NCBI GenBank assembly: GCA_902590775.1
Contig: CACIYC010000003.1
Coordinates: forward strand, 117-64,116
Length of the DNA stretch: 64,000 bases
DNA from: an uncultured Prochlorococcus sp.
Lineage (GTDB): Bacteria > Cyanobacteriota > Cyanobacteriia > PCC-6307 > Cyanobiaceae
Direction of reading: 5' to 3'
Within the stretch, counting starts at the first letter, position 1, and each line of letters opens with the position of its first letter. The notes under the pieces were generated by a model. That model was not told the DNA's origin and did not search any database. It saw only the letters and a program-made list of their open reading frames with translations. The translations under genes were made by a program, and so were the position numbers. Positions 20,475-30,898 of the stretch are shown in pieces.

Positions 20475-23066
20475 ATGCAGCCTTCATCTGAAAACTTTAC
20501 TGAATCTGCATGGAGCTCAATAATACATGCTAAGGAAAAAGCAGAGCAATCCTTTCACCAATACATTGAAAGTGAGCACCTATTCCTATCACTCCTAGAG
20601 GAAAATGAACTTGCAAAAGTAATAATAGAAAATTGCAGCGGCTCTACAAATTCTATAAAAACAAAGTTGAATAATTTTATAAAATCCCAAGCAATTATGA
20701 GAAATAAGCCCCAAGAAGTATTTGTGGGCAAATGTTTACAAAGAGTGTTAGAAGAAGCTAATAGTCATAAAGCTTCTCTTGAAGATAGCTTTGTTTCTAT
20801 AGAACATCTTATAATTGCTCTCTCAAAGGATGAAAGATGCTGTAAAAAAATTCTTTTGGAAGAAAATATAAAAGAAGAGAATCTTCTTTTAGCAATAAAA
20901 ACAATTAGAGGTAATCAAAAAGTGACCGATCAAAACCCTGAAGCAAAATATGAATCACTTAAAAAATATGGAAGGGATTTAACTTTTGAAGCTCGAGAAG
21001 GGAAGCTTGACCCTGTAATAGGAAGGGATGAAGAGATACGCCGAACCATTCAAATATTAAGTAGAAGAACTAAAAACAATCCTGTACTGATAGGCGATCC
21101 AGGTGTTGGTAAAACTGCAATAGTCGAAGGACTCGCACAAAGAATAATAAATGGAGATATCCCTTCTGCTTTGCAAAATCGTCAATTAATATCTCTAGAC
21201 ATGGGAGCTCTTATAGCAGGCGCGAAATTTCGAGGAGAGTTTGAAGAAAGGCTAAAAGCAGTATTAAAAGAAGTAACCTCGTCTCAAGGGAAAATAATAC
21301 TTTTTATAGATGAGATCCATACAGTTGTTGGAGCAGGTGCCTCAGGAGGGGCCATGGATGCGAGTAATCTTTTAAAGCCAATGCTTGCAAGAGGTGAACT
21401 AAGGTGTATTGGTGCAACAACAATTAATGAGCATCGCAATCATATTGAAAAAGATCCTGCGTTAGAAAGAAGATTTCAACAAGTACTTATAAACGAGCCC
21501 TCTATAGAAGATACAATCTCTATCCTTAGAGGATTAAAAGAAAAATACGAAGTACATCATGGAGTAAGAATTTCAGACAATGCTCTAGTGGCCGCAGCAA
21601 CTCTAAGTAACAGATATATTTCCGAACGATTCTTACCTGACAAAGCAATAGACCTAATAGATGAATCTGCTTCCAAATTAAAAATGGAAATAACTTCTAA
21701 GCCAGAACAAGTAGATGAAATAGACAGGAAAATCATTCAATTACAAATGGAAAAACTTTCTCTTAACAGAGAGTCTGATATTGCAAGTAAGGAAAAACTA
21801 CTCTTTATAAATAAAGAATTAACTGAACTAGAACAAAAGCAAGCTTCACTCACAACTCAATGGCAAAAGGAAAAAGAATCAATTAAAACATTAAGTGAAA
21901 TCAAAGAAGAGATAGAAAGAGTCCAAATACAAATTGAGCAAGCTAAAAGAAATTACGACCTAAACAAAGCAGCTGAACTTGAATATGGAAAACTTGCTTC
22001 TCTGTTTAAAAAATTAGATCAACAAGAAGAGGTTATTTTAAAGACTGATATAAATAAAAATGAGAAAGTACTTTTAAGAGAAGAAGTTACAGAAAATGAT
22101 ATTGCAGATGTAATAGCAAAGTGGACATCCATACCAGTAACAAGATTAGTAAAATCTGAAATAGAAAAACTTCTTAATCTTGAAGAAACCCTTAACGAAC
22201 AAGTAATCGGTCAAGACAAAGCCACCAAGGCAGTCTCTGATGCCATACAAAGATCAAGGACAGGTCTAGGTGACCCAAATAAACCTATTGCAAGTTTTAT
22301 ATTTCTTGGACCTACAGGAGTCGGAAAAACAGAATTATCTAAATGTTTAGCCAATGAATTGTTTGATAGCAAAAAATCAATTATTCGAATTGACATGTCT
22401 GAATATATGGAAAAGCATAGTATAAGCAGACTTATTGGGGCACCTCCAGGATATATTGGATATGAATCAGGTGGACAATTATCTGAAGCTGTTAGAAGAA
22501 ATCCTTACTCAGTAATATTGTTTGACGAAGTAGAAAAAGCACACGGTGATGTACTCAACGTATTACTTCAGATACTTGATGAAGGAAGAGTTACGGATGG
22601 TCAGGGGAAAACAATTGACTTTACAAACACCGTTTTAATATTAACTAGCAACATTGGTAGTCAATTAATAATAGATGCATTTGCCAATCAAAATAATATA
22701 AACATAGAAAAAGTAATCAAAACGGAATTACAAACAAAATTCAAACCTGAATTCTTAAATCGATTAGATGAACAAATTATTTTTAAAACGCTAACCAAAG
22801 AAAATATAAAGAAAATTATATATATTCAAATAGATCAACTTAAGAATAGACTAAATATTAAGGGCATCAAGTTACAAATAAATCCATTAGTTATAGAATG
22901 GATAAGTGAAAAAGCTTATGATCCAATATATGGTGCACGGCCAATTAAAAGAATTATTCAAAACCAATTAGAAACTGGTTTAGCAAAATTAATGCTTAGA
23001 GATAAAATTGAGGAGGTTAATAATATTGAAGTTAATATTATTAATGATAAATTAGAATTTAAATAA
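20475..23066 (+). CDS. clpB: ATP-dependent disaggregase ClpB
   Basis: Two AAA+ domains ([16 protein letters not shown]), long coiled-coil M domain with AAELEYG, no ClpP-binding loop. Confidence 0.95.
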   Translation: MQPSSENFTESAWSSIIHAKEKAEQSFHQYIESEHLFLSLLEENELAKVIIENCSGSTNSIKTKLNNFIKSQAIMRNKPQEVFVGKCLQRVLEEANSHKASLEDSFVSIEHLIIALSKDERCCKKILLEENIKEENLLLAIKTIRGNQKVTDQNPEAKYESLKKYGRDLTFEAREGKLDPVIGRDEEIRRTIQILSRRTKNNPVLIGDPGVGKTAIVEGLAQRIINGDIPSALQNRQLISLDMGALIAGAKFRGEFEERLKAVLKEVTSSQGKIILFIDEIHTVVGAGASGGAMDASNLLKPMLARGELRCIGATTINEHRNHIEKDPALERRFQQVLINEPSIEDTISILRGLKEKYEVHHGVRISDNALVAAATLSNRYISERFLPDKAIDLIDESASKLKMEITSKPEQVDEIDRKIIQLQMEKLSLNRESDIASKEKLLFINKELTELEQKQASLTTQWQKEKESIKTLSEIKEEIERVQIQIEQAKRNYDLNKAAELEYGKLASLFKKLDQQEEVILKTDINKNEKVLLREEVTENDIADVIAKWTSIPVTRLVKSEIEKLLNLEETLNEQVIGQDKATKAVSDAIQRSRTGLGDPNKPIASFIFLGPTGVGKTELSKCLANELFDSKKSIIRIDMSEYMEKHSISRLIGAPPGYIGYESGGQLSEAVRRNPYSVILFDEVEKAHGDVLNVLLQILDEGRVTDGQGKTIDFTNTVLILTSNIGSQLIIDAFANQNNINIEKVIKTELQTKFKPEFLNRLDEQIIFKTLTKENIKKIIYIQIDQLKNRLNIKGIKLQINPLVIEWISEKAYDPIYGARPIKRIIQNQLETGLAKLMLRDKIEEVNNIEVNIINDKLEFK

Positions 23067-23077
23067 TATTTGTTTTT

Positions 23078-23839
23078 TTAAGAAGGCAAACTATCAATAC
23101 TAAACCTGTAACCCTGCTGTCTAACTGTTGTGATACCACCTCCATCCCCAAGTCCTGCTTGTTCTAACTTTCGCCTAAGTGTTAATACTTGAGTATCAAC
23201 TGACCTTGGACCACCGCTAAAAGGAGGCCAAGCCATTCGCAACAATTCATGCCTACTACGAACCATTCCAGGAGGCATCAAGAGTGCACAGAGCAAAGCA
23301 AACTCTCTGGGGCTTAATTCAACAGGTTTTTCTCTTAATGTGACCTGTCTAAGAAGCAAGTGAACCTCAAGCGGACCAACAGTGACTCTCTCCTGTAGCC
23401 CTATACGGCCTCTTTTTAAGAGAGTTCTACATCTAGCAGCCAACTCTTCCAATCCAAAGGGTTTCCGCAAAACATCATCTGCACCCTCATCCAATAAAGC
23501 AACCAAAGTCTCTATACCTGACCTGGCAGTAAGCACCATTACTGGACAACCTAATTGTTGGCCTAAATTCAAAGCAGTACTTTGATCGAGAAGTTCTGCA
23601 CTAACCAAAAGGTCTGGTGATTGATCCCTACATAAGTCAATTGCTTCAACAACTGAACCAACTGCAGCTGCAAGATGACCATCTTGTCTAAGTCTTTGAA
23701 CAAGAACTGTTCTCAAAGTAGGATGAGGCTCTACAACAAGAATTCTTGATGGACTTTGAGTAGTTGAATCAACTGAACCAGGAGCTAATGATGCCTGCAG
23801 ACTTTGCTCATCAGAAAGTAAATCTGGAGTTAATGTCAC
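23078..23839 (-). CDS. OmpR/PhoB-family response regulator with atypical (pseudo-)receiver domain
   Basis: Receiver fold (RILVVEPH...PDLLVSAE...LTA...GADD..RKPF) plus winged helix (LSPREF.LL...RSVDTQV..LRRKL...TVRQQGYRF). Confidence 0.9.
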   Translation of the reverse strand: MTLTPDLLSDEQSLQASLAPGSVDSTTQSPSRILVVEPHPTLRTVLVQRLRQDGHLAAAVGSVVEAIDLCRDQSPDLLVSAELLDQSTALNLGQQLGCPVMVLTARSGIETLVALLDEGADDVLRKPFGLEELAARCRTLLKRGRIGLQERVTVGPLEVHLLLRQVTLREKPVELSPREFALLCALLMPPGMVRSRHELLRMAWPPFSGGPRSVDTQVLTLRRKLEQAGLGDGGGITTVRQQGYRFSIDSLPS

Positions 23840-23915
23840 AGGTGAAAATCTAAAGTTGTTCTAAAATAACGAATCAAGAGCATAACTGTTAGAAATACCT
23901 ACACATCATCGCAAA

Positions 23916-24188
23916 ATGACATCACAAGCATTTCAAGACCCTAAATCCATAAGACATTTTCAATCAATATGTGATGTATGTCAGCAACTTATTAATAGTT
24001 TTCATACTCCTGCAGAATTGAAACTTTATACAGATGGATATCTACATGCTCTAAGGAAGGAAAGAACTCTTCCGCCAAGAGACCAAGAGAAGCTTGAAAA
24101 GCTTGTCTCTATATGGATAATGGATCCTTCAAGCTTTATTCGACCTGATGGAGATATAAACGACCTTTACTTTCAGAAACAAAGATAA
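23916..24188 (+). CDS. Conserved cyanobacterial hypothetical protein (DUF6761-like)
   Basis: IRHFQSICD, ELKLYTDGYLHALR and WIMDPSSF pattern; divergent from the regulator. Confidence 0.75.
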   Translation: MTSQAFQDPKSIRHFQSICDVCQQLINSFHTPAELKLYTDGYLHALRKERTLPPRDQEKLEKLVSIWIMDPSSFIRPDGDINDLYFQKQR

Positions 24189-24192
24189 ATTC

Positions 24193-24516
24193 TTAAGTTG
24201 CTAGTGCAATTTCTATCTTTTCCCTCAACTCTCCAGAGTTGTACATTTCAATTAAGATGTCAGATCCACCTAAAAACTCACCCTTTAAATAAACCTGAGG
24301 GATAGTTGGCCAATCAGAATATTCTTTTATACCTTCTCTAATTTCCATATCTTCAAGAACATCAAAAGTCTCAAAGTGAATTCCAAGTGAATTAAGGATT
24401 TGTACGACATTGTTTGAAAAACCACATTGTGGCATCAACTTGTTGCCTTTCATAAAAACAATTATTGAATTTGAATTGACTAATGCTTCAATCCTTTTTT
24501 TTGTTTCCAAGTCCAT
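24193..24516 (-). CDS. grxD: Monothiol glutaredoxin (Grx4, CGFS type)
   Basis: MKG..LMPQCGFS, WPTIPQ, GGSD. Confidence 0.97.
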   Translation of the reverse strand: MDLETKKRIEALVNSNSIIVFMKGNKLMPQCGFSNNVVQILNSLGIHFETFDVLEDMEIREGIKEYSDWPTIPQVYLKGEFLGGSDILIEMYNSGELREKIEIALAT

Positions 24517-24532
24517 TGTAAAAAAGTAAAAA

Positions 24533-24763
24533 TTAAGGAGTAGAGGTCTTTAAGGCCAATGCATGAATTGCTTCACTGGCAAGCTTATGCTTCAAAGCCT
24601 TATAGATCATTTGATGCTGTTTGACCATTGATAATCCTTCAAATGATCTAGAGACAACATTTACCTGCAAATGGTCTCCACCTCCACTCATATCCTCAAC
24701 CTCAACAAGAGCATCAGGGAGGGATTCCTTTATTAAGGTAACGACCTCATCAGGTTGAACCAT
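24533..24763 (-). CDS. bolA: BolA family protein
   Basis: GGGDHL..VVS..FEG...KQHQ.IY.AL...IHALAL; ATG at 24763 preferred over the TTG at 24772. Confidence 0.93.
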   Translation of the reverse strand: MVQPDEVVTLIKESLPDALVEVEDMSGGGDHLQVNVVSRSFEGLSMVKQHQMIYKALKHKLASEAIHALALKTSTP

Positions 24764-24821
24764 GGGAAGCAAAAAAGCTAAAAAGCTTATTTTAATTAGA
24801 AAATTTTAATACCAATATTTA

Positions 24822-25352
24822 TTAAAGTCTTTTATCACGCTCCAGGAAAGGAGTGTTAACAAATCCCAATTCAAATAGCTGCTGATAAGCTAATTGACCT
24901 TTGGGACTGGAAGGGTTAGAAATTCTTACAACTTCAACAAGAAGAGGAACAGCTAAAGCGGATTTATTAGTTTTTCTAAAAAGGGATGCAAGTCTTAAAT
25001 TAGCTTCTGAAAGAGAAGACAATACTTTACGACTATTTGAATCCATCTCTCTAGGAATACGGAGATCAAGCCCTTTAAAAGAACTGCTCAAATCACTATA
25101 AAAACCCAATAAAAGCTTAGACATGTCTCGAGCCTTATCAAACTTCTTTCTAGCGGAAGCAAAATCCTCTTTCAGAAAGAAGGCATCACCTTCTTTAATC
25201 AAGTTATCAACGCTGTTTAAACTTAAACCAATTTCTTTAGTTGATAAAACTCTATAATCTTCAGCTTTTAAAGATTCAGCAAAAGAGGGAACGGCAGAAA
25301 ATAAAAAACTTGAACTAATTGCTAAAGCTGTTAAAGAAATACCCCAACTCAT
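24822..25352 (-). CDS. Exported helical (TPR-like) conserved hypothetical protein
   Basis: Signal peptide (SFA|ES), TPR-like helices, conserved-looking F.GLD.RIPREM and AVPLLVEVV. Confidence 0.7.
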   Translation of the reverse strand: MSWGISLTALAISSSFLFSAVPSFAESLKAEDYRVLSTKEIGLSLNSVDNLIKEGDAFFLKEDFASARKKFDKARDMSKLLLGFYSDLSSSFKGLDLRIPREMDSNSRKVLSSLSEANLRLASLFRKTNKSALAVPLLVEVVRISNPSSPKGQLAYQQLFELGFVNTPFLERDKRL

Positions 25353-25399
25353 TGAACAAAAGAATACATACTTTTGACTTTATATGTAAAAGAGATGGA

Positions 25400-26149
25400 T
25401 TAGCAAATTCTACCAACTGCTTTAAGAGCAGATTTTTCTGCTGCATACATGCTTAAAGCTAATTGCTCATCAAAATCAGCTGCTGCAGACCTTCCTATCT
25501 TGCATATACGAATAGGCTCGCCAATACAAATAGCAGCAGACCCAAAAAGTTTTGGAACAGATTCACTGTAACCAAGACCAATTGGAACAACCTTTACATC
25601 TACACCATATCCAAACGCAAGTTGAGAAAGTCGAACAAGTCCCTTTTCTATTTTTATAGGCTTTCTCTTGCGATTAATTCTGCCTTCTGGAAAAACTACG
25701 AGTTGTTGTTCAGCAACTAAAAGATCAATCGAATATCTTAAAGCTTGTAATGATGGCTTTTTTTTGTCTACTGGGAAACAACCTAAACGATTCAAAAACC
25801 ATCCTTGTAAACCTTTCATCTCTGATTCAGTAACCATGAATCGGCAATCTCTTTTTGTTACTCTCCTTCCAGCTGCCTTAGTCAACATAAGTGCGTCCCA
25901 GCGTGAACGATGAGTAGGAGCAAGAACAACTGCACCTGATAAAGGTAAATTCTCTTTTCCAAGAACTATTCTCTTCTTAAAATAATTTTTCAAAGCAATG
26001 TCTTGGGTTGCAATCATTGCAAGTTTCCCCCATAGAGGATTAATCCCCATACACAAATTTGTTTCTCTTTGAACTAAAACCAAGGTTTGTGGGGTGAGCG
26101 AATTTACTGTATTAAGCTTTATATAGAACTTAACGATGAAAAGTATCAT
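25400..26149 (-). CDS. plsC: 1-acyl-sn-glycerol-3-phosphate acyltransferase family (true start probably downstream of 26149)
   Basis: PTHRSRWD (HxxxxD) and VFPEGR motifs. Confidence 0.88.
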   Translation of the reverse strand: MILFIVKFYIKLNTVNSLTPQTLVLVQRETNLCMGINPLWGKLAMIATQDIALKNYFKKRIVLGKENLPLSGAVVLAPTHRSRWDALMLTKAAGRRVTKRDCRFMVTESEMKGLQGWFLNRLGCFPVDKKKPSLQALRYSIDLLVAEQQLVVFPEGRINRKRKPIKIEKGLVRLSQLAFGYGVDVKVVPIGLGYSESVPKLFGSAAICIGEPIRICKIGRSAAADFDEQLALSMYAAEKSALKAVGRIC

Positions 26150-26245
26150 TTTCCCAAAGGTATTGGGCAGTTAAGTTAGCGGCTAAAATCGAAAAGAAGA
26201 AAAAAACCAATTTGGTGAATAAAATCAAGCTAAATAGAACTTGAA

Positions 26246-26986
26246 ATGGCAAGTCTTGGCATAAACATTGACCACATTGCAAATGTGCGTCAAGCCCGAC
26301 GAACGAACGAACCCGATCCAGTCCAAATGGCTTTCCTTGCAGAACTAGGTGGAGCTGATGGCATCACAATTCATCTAAGAGAAGATAGAAGACATATTCA
26401 AGACAGGGACCTTAAACTACTCAGACAAACTATTGGGACCCGCCTCAATTTGGAAATGGCAGCAACAAAAGAAATGCTTGAGATAGCCTTAGATGTAAAG
26501 CCGGATATGATTACTTTGGTACCAGAAAAGAGAGAAGAAATAACAACAGAAGGAGGCCTGGATGTTATAAATAACAAAAAAACAATACTAGAATTTATAA
26601 GAAGGTTGAGATCTGCAGGAATTCCTACAAGTCTTTTCATCGATCCAAAATCCCAACAGATTGAAGCTTCTTCAGATGTCGGAGCAAAATGGATAGAACT
26701 ACATACGGGTACCTATGCAAGGGCAACATGGGAAAATCAAAAGATAGAGTTCTCAAAAATCAATGAAAGTGTTTTAAAAGCAAGGAGTATTGGATTACGT
26801 GTTAATGCTGGTCATGGACTTACTTATAACAATGTTGAGCCCATTGCTTTAATAGAAGGGATGGAAGAATTAAATATCGGTCACACAATTATTGCCAGAG
26901 CAATAGCCATTGGTCTTAAAAACGCTGTTAAAGAAATGAAAGATCTAATTTCAACCCCTCGAAGAGAGCCTTTTTTCGGTTCTTAA
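26246..26986 (+). CDS. pdxJ: Pyridoxine 5'-phosphate synthase
   Basis: [44 protein letters not shown]. Confidence 0.97.
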   Translation: MASLGINIDHIANVRQARRTNEPDPVQMAFLAELGGADGITIHLREDRRHIQDRDLKLLRQTIGTRLNLEMAATKEMLEIALDVKPDMITLVPEKREEITTEGGLDVINNKKTILEFIRRLRSAGIPTSLFIDPKSQQIEASSDVGAKWIELHTGTYARATWENQKIEFSKINESVLKARSIGLRVNAGHGLTYNNVEPIALIEGMEELNIGHTIIARAIAIGLKNAVKEMKDLISTPRREPFFGS

Positions 26987-27010
26987 GAAAACCCCTAAAC
27001 CAAACGTATC

Positions 27011-30000
27011 TTGTTAACTGTTTACAGAAGCAATAGAGCGGAATGGTTAGCCGAAGTTCTTTCAGAGCAACTGAGGCTAAATCCACCAGCACCCTTTGAA
27101 ACTCCAGAAGTCATTGTCAATACATGGCCTACAAGTCGATGGTTAGCTGAAAAGATAGCTACTACAAATGATATCAATGCAAAAATTAATTTTCCTTTCC
27201 CAAATTCCCAATTAAAAAAAGTTGTCCATCTTTTCCTGGGATTAGATCTCACATCAGATGATCCCTGGATAACGAATCAATTAGTCTGGACAATTCTAGA
27301 TGTATTACCGGAACTACTTCAGACCCACGAGGCTAGCAATCTTCTCAAATGGATGGATGAAGATTGCATAATGAGTAATTCACTCAACTCAAAACGATGG
27401 GCTCTCGCTAAAAGGCTTACGGAAACAATTAACGAATATATATTGTACAGACCAAAATTAATTAAGCATTGGTGGAAATCAAATGAGCAATTTAGCGAGT
27501 CAATCAACAAATTGCCCTCCGAAGTAAAATGGCAACCTATATTAATTCAACTATTAAAACGAAGAATAAATAAGAAGCCAATATGCTTACAAATATATGA
27601 TGTTATCGATAGACTTCAGCGCAATATAAAACCGAAAAATCAACTTCCTCATGAAATAACAATCTTTGGAGTAAGTAGTCTTGCTCCCATACAAGTAGAT
27701 CTAATACAAGCCCTGTCTACAGTCATAAATGTAAAGATTTACTTATTAACTCCATGTCAAGATCTATGGAAACGAAGTAGAAACCTCAGAGAAGAATTAA
27801 ACAGCAAACAGCAATTTAATATAGATAGCTTTTGGATAACAAAATCAGCACGGTTAGAAGCAAGTCTAGGAAGGATGGGTGCTGAATTCCAACAATTACT
27901 TGAAGGCACTGGGGAGGCCTTACAAGGAGAATGCCAAGAAGAAGACTTCTTTGCCTTGCCAATGCAAATGGCGATTCATAAATCAGAAACACCCACTTTA
28001 CTTGAGCAGTTACAAGAAAATCTTGTAACAAGTGATGCTCCGAAAAAGTTAAATAGAACAGTTAATGATACGTCCTTGCTCTTTGTGGCCTCACCTGGAC
28101 ATAGAAGACAAGTGCAAATAGTCCGAGATCAAATAATTCAATGGCTAGCAGATGATAATACACTCCAACCAAGAGATATTATAATAATGACTCCTCAAAT
28201 AAAGAAGTTAGCACCTTTAATAACAACTATATTCAATGATGTCGCATCTACAAAAGTAAGTCTTCCTTGGAAAATTACTGACCGCAGTCAACTTGAAAAA
28301 CCTGGAGTCATCCAATTTATTATTGAACTAATAGACACTGCTTCCGAGCGACTTACAACAGAAAGTCTTGATCGTCTATTTTGTAATCAATTAATTCAAA
28401 GGGAGTTTAAACTCACCCAAGAAGAAGTAGATAAAATGATATATTGCCTACAGAAGACAGGTTTTCGATGGGGGCTTGACTCTAATGCTCGAAATGGAGA
28501 TGCCACTAATAGTCTAAATTGGTGCCTGGAACGATGGATGCTAGGGATAATACTTCCCAGCACAACAAGTCTTACAATGGATGGAATCGCTCCATTTTCA
28601 GAAAACTTCTCAACTGATGAAATTTTAAAATGGTGGTCTTTATTATCTAAAATATGCGAACATTTAAAAAGTCTTCGTAATTCAAGAACTTGTAATGAAT
28701 GGGTAGCTCTTCTAAATTTAATAATCACAGATCTTTTTAACGAAAAAGAAAAATGGTCTTGGGAATATGAATCTCTATTCACACATATTAAATCTTGGCA
28801 AAAGGTTGCTTGCAATTGCGACTTAAAAATAGAACCACGAGTTCTAAGCGATATTCTAAAAAAATCTATCTCTATGGAAAGTGGTCGATTTGGTCACAGA
28901 TCAGGAAATATCACAATTAGCGCTCTTGAACCTATGAGGGCTATCCCTCACAAAATTATAGTTCTAATGGGATTAGATAGTTCCATATTTCCACATAACG
29001 AAACCAGGGATGGCTTTAACTTATTAGGATATGAACGTCTACTTGGAGATCCTAAAAGTACTGATAAAGATCGATATATACTTTTAGAGGCATTAATGTC
29101 AAGTAGACAGAATTTAATGTTAACGTGGAATTGTAGAGACGAAAAGACTGGTGAGGTTATTGAGGCGTCTAGCCCAATTCACCAATGGATTGAATATTTG
29201 AGAAATGAATTAAATGAAGATAGCTTGGTAGGTCTTATCAAAACACCTCCAGCCAACCAATTATGTCATAGTAATTTTATATCGAAAAACAATCAACCAC
29301 CAATCAGTTGTGATACTAGAGACCTTCAAACTAGGTTATACCTTGATAAGGGGATAAAGAGTAAGAAAATAGGATTAGCCTTACCTCTCCAATGGAATGC
29401 AGATTTATCACATATAAAACATTCTATAAATAATGAGATTACGAAAAAATGGCTAATAGCTCCTCAACTCACTTGGCTTGAAAATTTACAAATCAGGCCA
29501 AAAGAAAAGCATAGGTTATTGGAATCATTAGAACATCTTGAACTATCAGAATTAGAGAGGTATGCAATCTTAAATAAAAAATATCTAGAAAAACAGATCA
29601 ATATTAATGACTTAATAGATGAATCAAGGCATTTAGAAGAATTAAATTGGGAGCAACTCCTAAATGGTCAAGGCATTCTCCCTCCCAAAGCAGCAAAAAA
29701 TATAGAATGTGAATTACTCAAATCTAGATGGGCAAGCCTTTCCTCTGCTGTACAAGATTTAGGGAAATTAAGTGAGTTAAAACTAAATGTCAGAAATGAA
29801 TATATACAAATGGTTTTAGCTGGAGACTATCTACTAGTTGTAGAGATAGGAAAATTAAAGACGCGTTCTATAGTTCTTACATGGTTACAACATCTACAAG
29901 TATGTAGTCATGACATTCATCCAAGAAAAACAATGCTAATCACGAGAACTAAACACAATAAATATGCAATATCAGCTGAATTTAATACAATAGACCAAGA

Positions 30001-30319
30001 AGAAGCAAGTCTCTTGCTAGATAGAATCTATTTATTAGTAGAACAAGGCCTAGATTTTTGCTGGCCTGTTCCTCCAGAGAGTGGTTGGGCCCTTTCAAAG
30101 AAAAGACATTTTAATGAAAATCAATCTAATATCTTCTCAAAATCATGGGAAGGTGATTTGCAAAATCCTGGAGAAAATGAAAAGATTGAGATGCAAATAT
30201 GTTTTGGACTTAATTCTAGTTCCAAAATATTTATAGGTAATAATAACTTTGAAAATTGTATGAATGAATTATATAAACCAATACTTTTAAATCTATCTAC
30301 AAGTCAAAAGTCAATTTAA
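27011..30319 (+). CDS. recC: Exodeoxyribonuclease V gamma subunit
   Basis: VYRSNRAEWLA start, YRP, PRDIIIMTP, LEPMRAIPHK, DRYILLEALMS; 1102 aa inactive-helicase architecture. Confidence 0.92.
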   Translation: MLTVYRSNRAEWLAEVLSEQLRLNPPAPFETPEVIVNTWPTSRWLAEKIATTNDINAKINFPFPNSQLKKVVHLFLGLDLTSDDPWITNQLVWTILDVLPELLQTHEASNLLKWMDEDCIMSNSLNSKRWALAKRLTETINEYILYRPKLIKHWWKSNEQFSESINKLPSEVKWQPILIQLLKRRINKKPICLQIYDVIDRLQRNIKPKNQLPHEITIFGVSSLAPIQVDLIQALSTVINVKIYLLTPCQDLWKRSRNLREELNSKQQFNIDSFWITKSARLEASLGRMGAEFQQLLEGTGEALQGECQEEDFFALPMQMAIHKSETPTLLEQLQENLVTSDAPKKLNRTVNDTSLLFVASPGHRRQVQIVRDQIIQWLADDNTLQPRDIIIMTPQIKKLAPLITTIFNDVASTKVSLPWKITDRSQLEKPGVIQFIIELIDTASERLTTESLDRLFCNQLIQREFKLTQEEVDKMIYCLQKTGFRWGLDSNARNGDATNSLNWCLERWMLGIILPSTTSLTMDGIAPFSENFSTDEILKWWSLLSKICEHLKSLRNSRTCNEWVALLNLIITDLFNEKEKWSWEYESLFTHIKSWQKVACNCDLKIEPRVLSDILKKSISMESGRFGHRSGNITISALEPMRAIPHKIIVLMGLDSSIFPHNETRDGFNLLGYERLLGDPKSTDKDRYILLEALMSSRQNLMLTWNCRDEKTGEVIEASSPIHQWIEYLRNELNEDSLVGLIKTPPANQLCHSNFISKNNQPPISCDTRDLQTRLYLDKGIKSKKIGLALPLQWNADLSHIKHSINNEITKKWLIAPQLTWLENLQIRPKEKHRLLESLEHLELSELERYAILNKKYLEKQININDLIDESRHLEELNWEQLLNGQGILPPKAAKNIECELLKSRWASLSSAVQDLGKLSELKLNVRNEYIQMVLAGDYLLVVEIGKLKTRSIVLTWLQHLQVCSHDIHPRKTMLITRTKHNKYAISAEFNTIDQEEASLLLDRIYLLVEQGLDFCWPVPPESGWALSKKRHFNENQSNIFSKSWEGDLQNPGENEKIEMQICFGLNSSSKIFIGNNNFENCMNELYKPILLNLSTSQKSI

Positions 30320-30870
30320 TGGAGAATAATAATAAAAATATAGATTTTAAATTACAAGAAACTATACATAGTAATTATCAGATTGTAAGAAAGATTATTT
30401 GTTATAATCACAAAGGATCATTTTGGCTAATAGCTCAATTAATAATATTTTTTGCGCATCTACTTCCTCCCTTTCCAGTTCTTTTTATTTGGAATAGTTT
30501 TATTAAATCATTTTTTATTATATTTTTAATAATTGGAATATATAAAACATGTAAAGCTCTATTATCATTAGGAAGAAATCTTTCACCTTTTCCTGATCCA
30601 AAGGAAAATACTATTTTAATCACAGAAGGTTCATATAAATATTGTAGGCATCCCCTTTACCAAGCTATGATTATTATTTCTTTAAGTTATTCTTTTTACC
30701 TAGGAAGCTTGCTTCACTTGTTTTTATCTTCTCTTCTAGTTGTTACTCTAATTGGTAAAGCTAAGAGGGAAGAGCGTAAATTAAAATTAAAATATGAACA
30801 ATACAGTAATTACTTAATTAAAACGCCAGCAATTTTCGATGGTATAAGATTTCTTGATTGGCGTAATTAA
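30319..30870 (+). CDS. Isoprenylcysteine carboxyl methyltransferase / PEMT family membrane methyltransferase
   Basis: TM helices, LITEGSYKYCRHPLY (RHPxY), EERKL..KY..Y..Y...P; start overlaps the recC stop (TAATG). Confidence 0.85.
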   Translation: MENNNKNIDFKLQETIHSNYQIVRKIICYNHKGSFWLIAQLIIFFAHLLPPFPVLFIWNSFIKSFFIIFLIIGIYKTCKALLSLGRNLSPFPDPKENTILITEGSYKYCRHPLYQAMIIISLSYSFYLGSLLHLFLSSLLVVTLIGKAKREERKLKLKYEQYSNYLIKTPAIFDGIRFLDWRN

Positions 30871-30898
30871 TAAATAAATTAATAAAGAATATATAATA

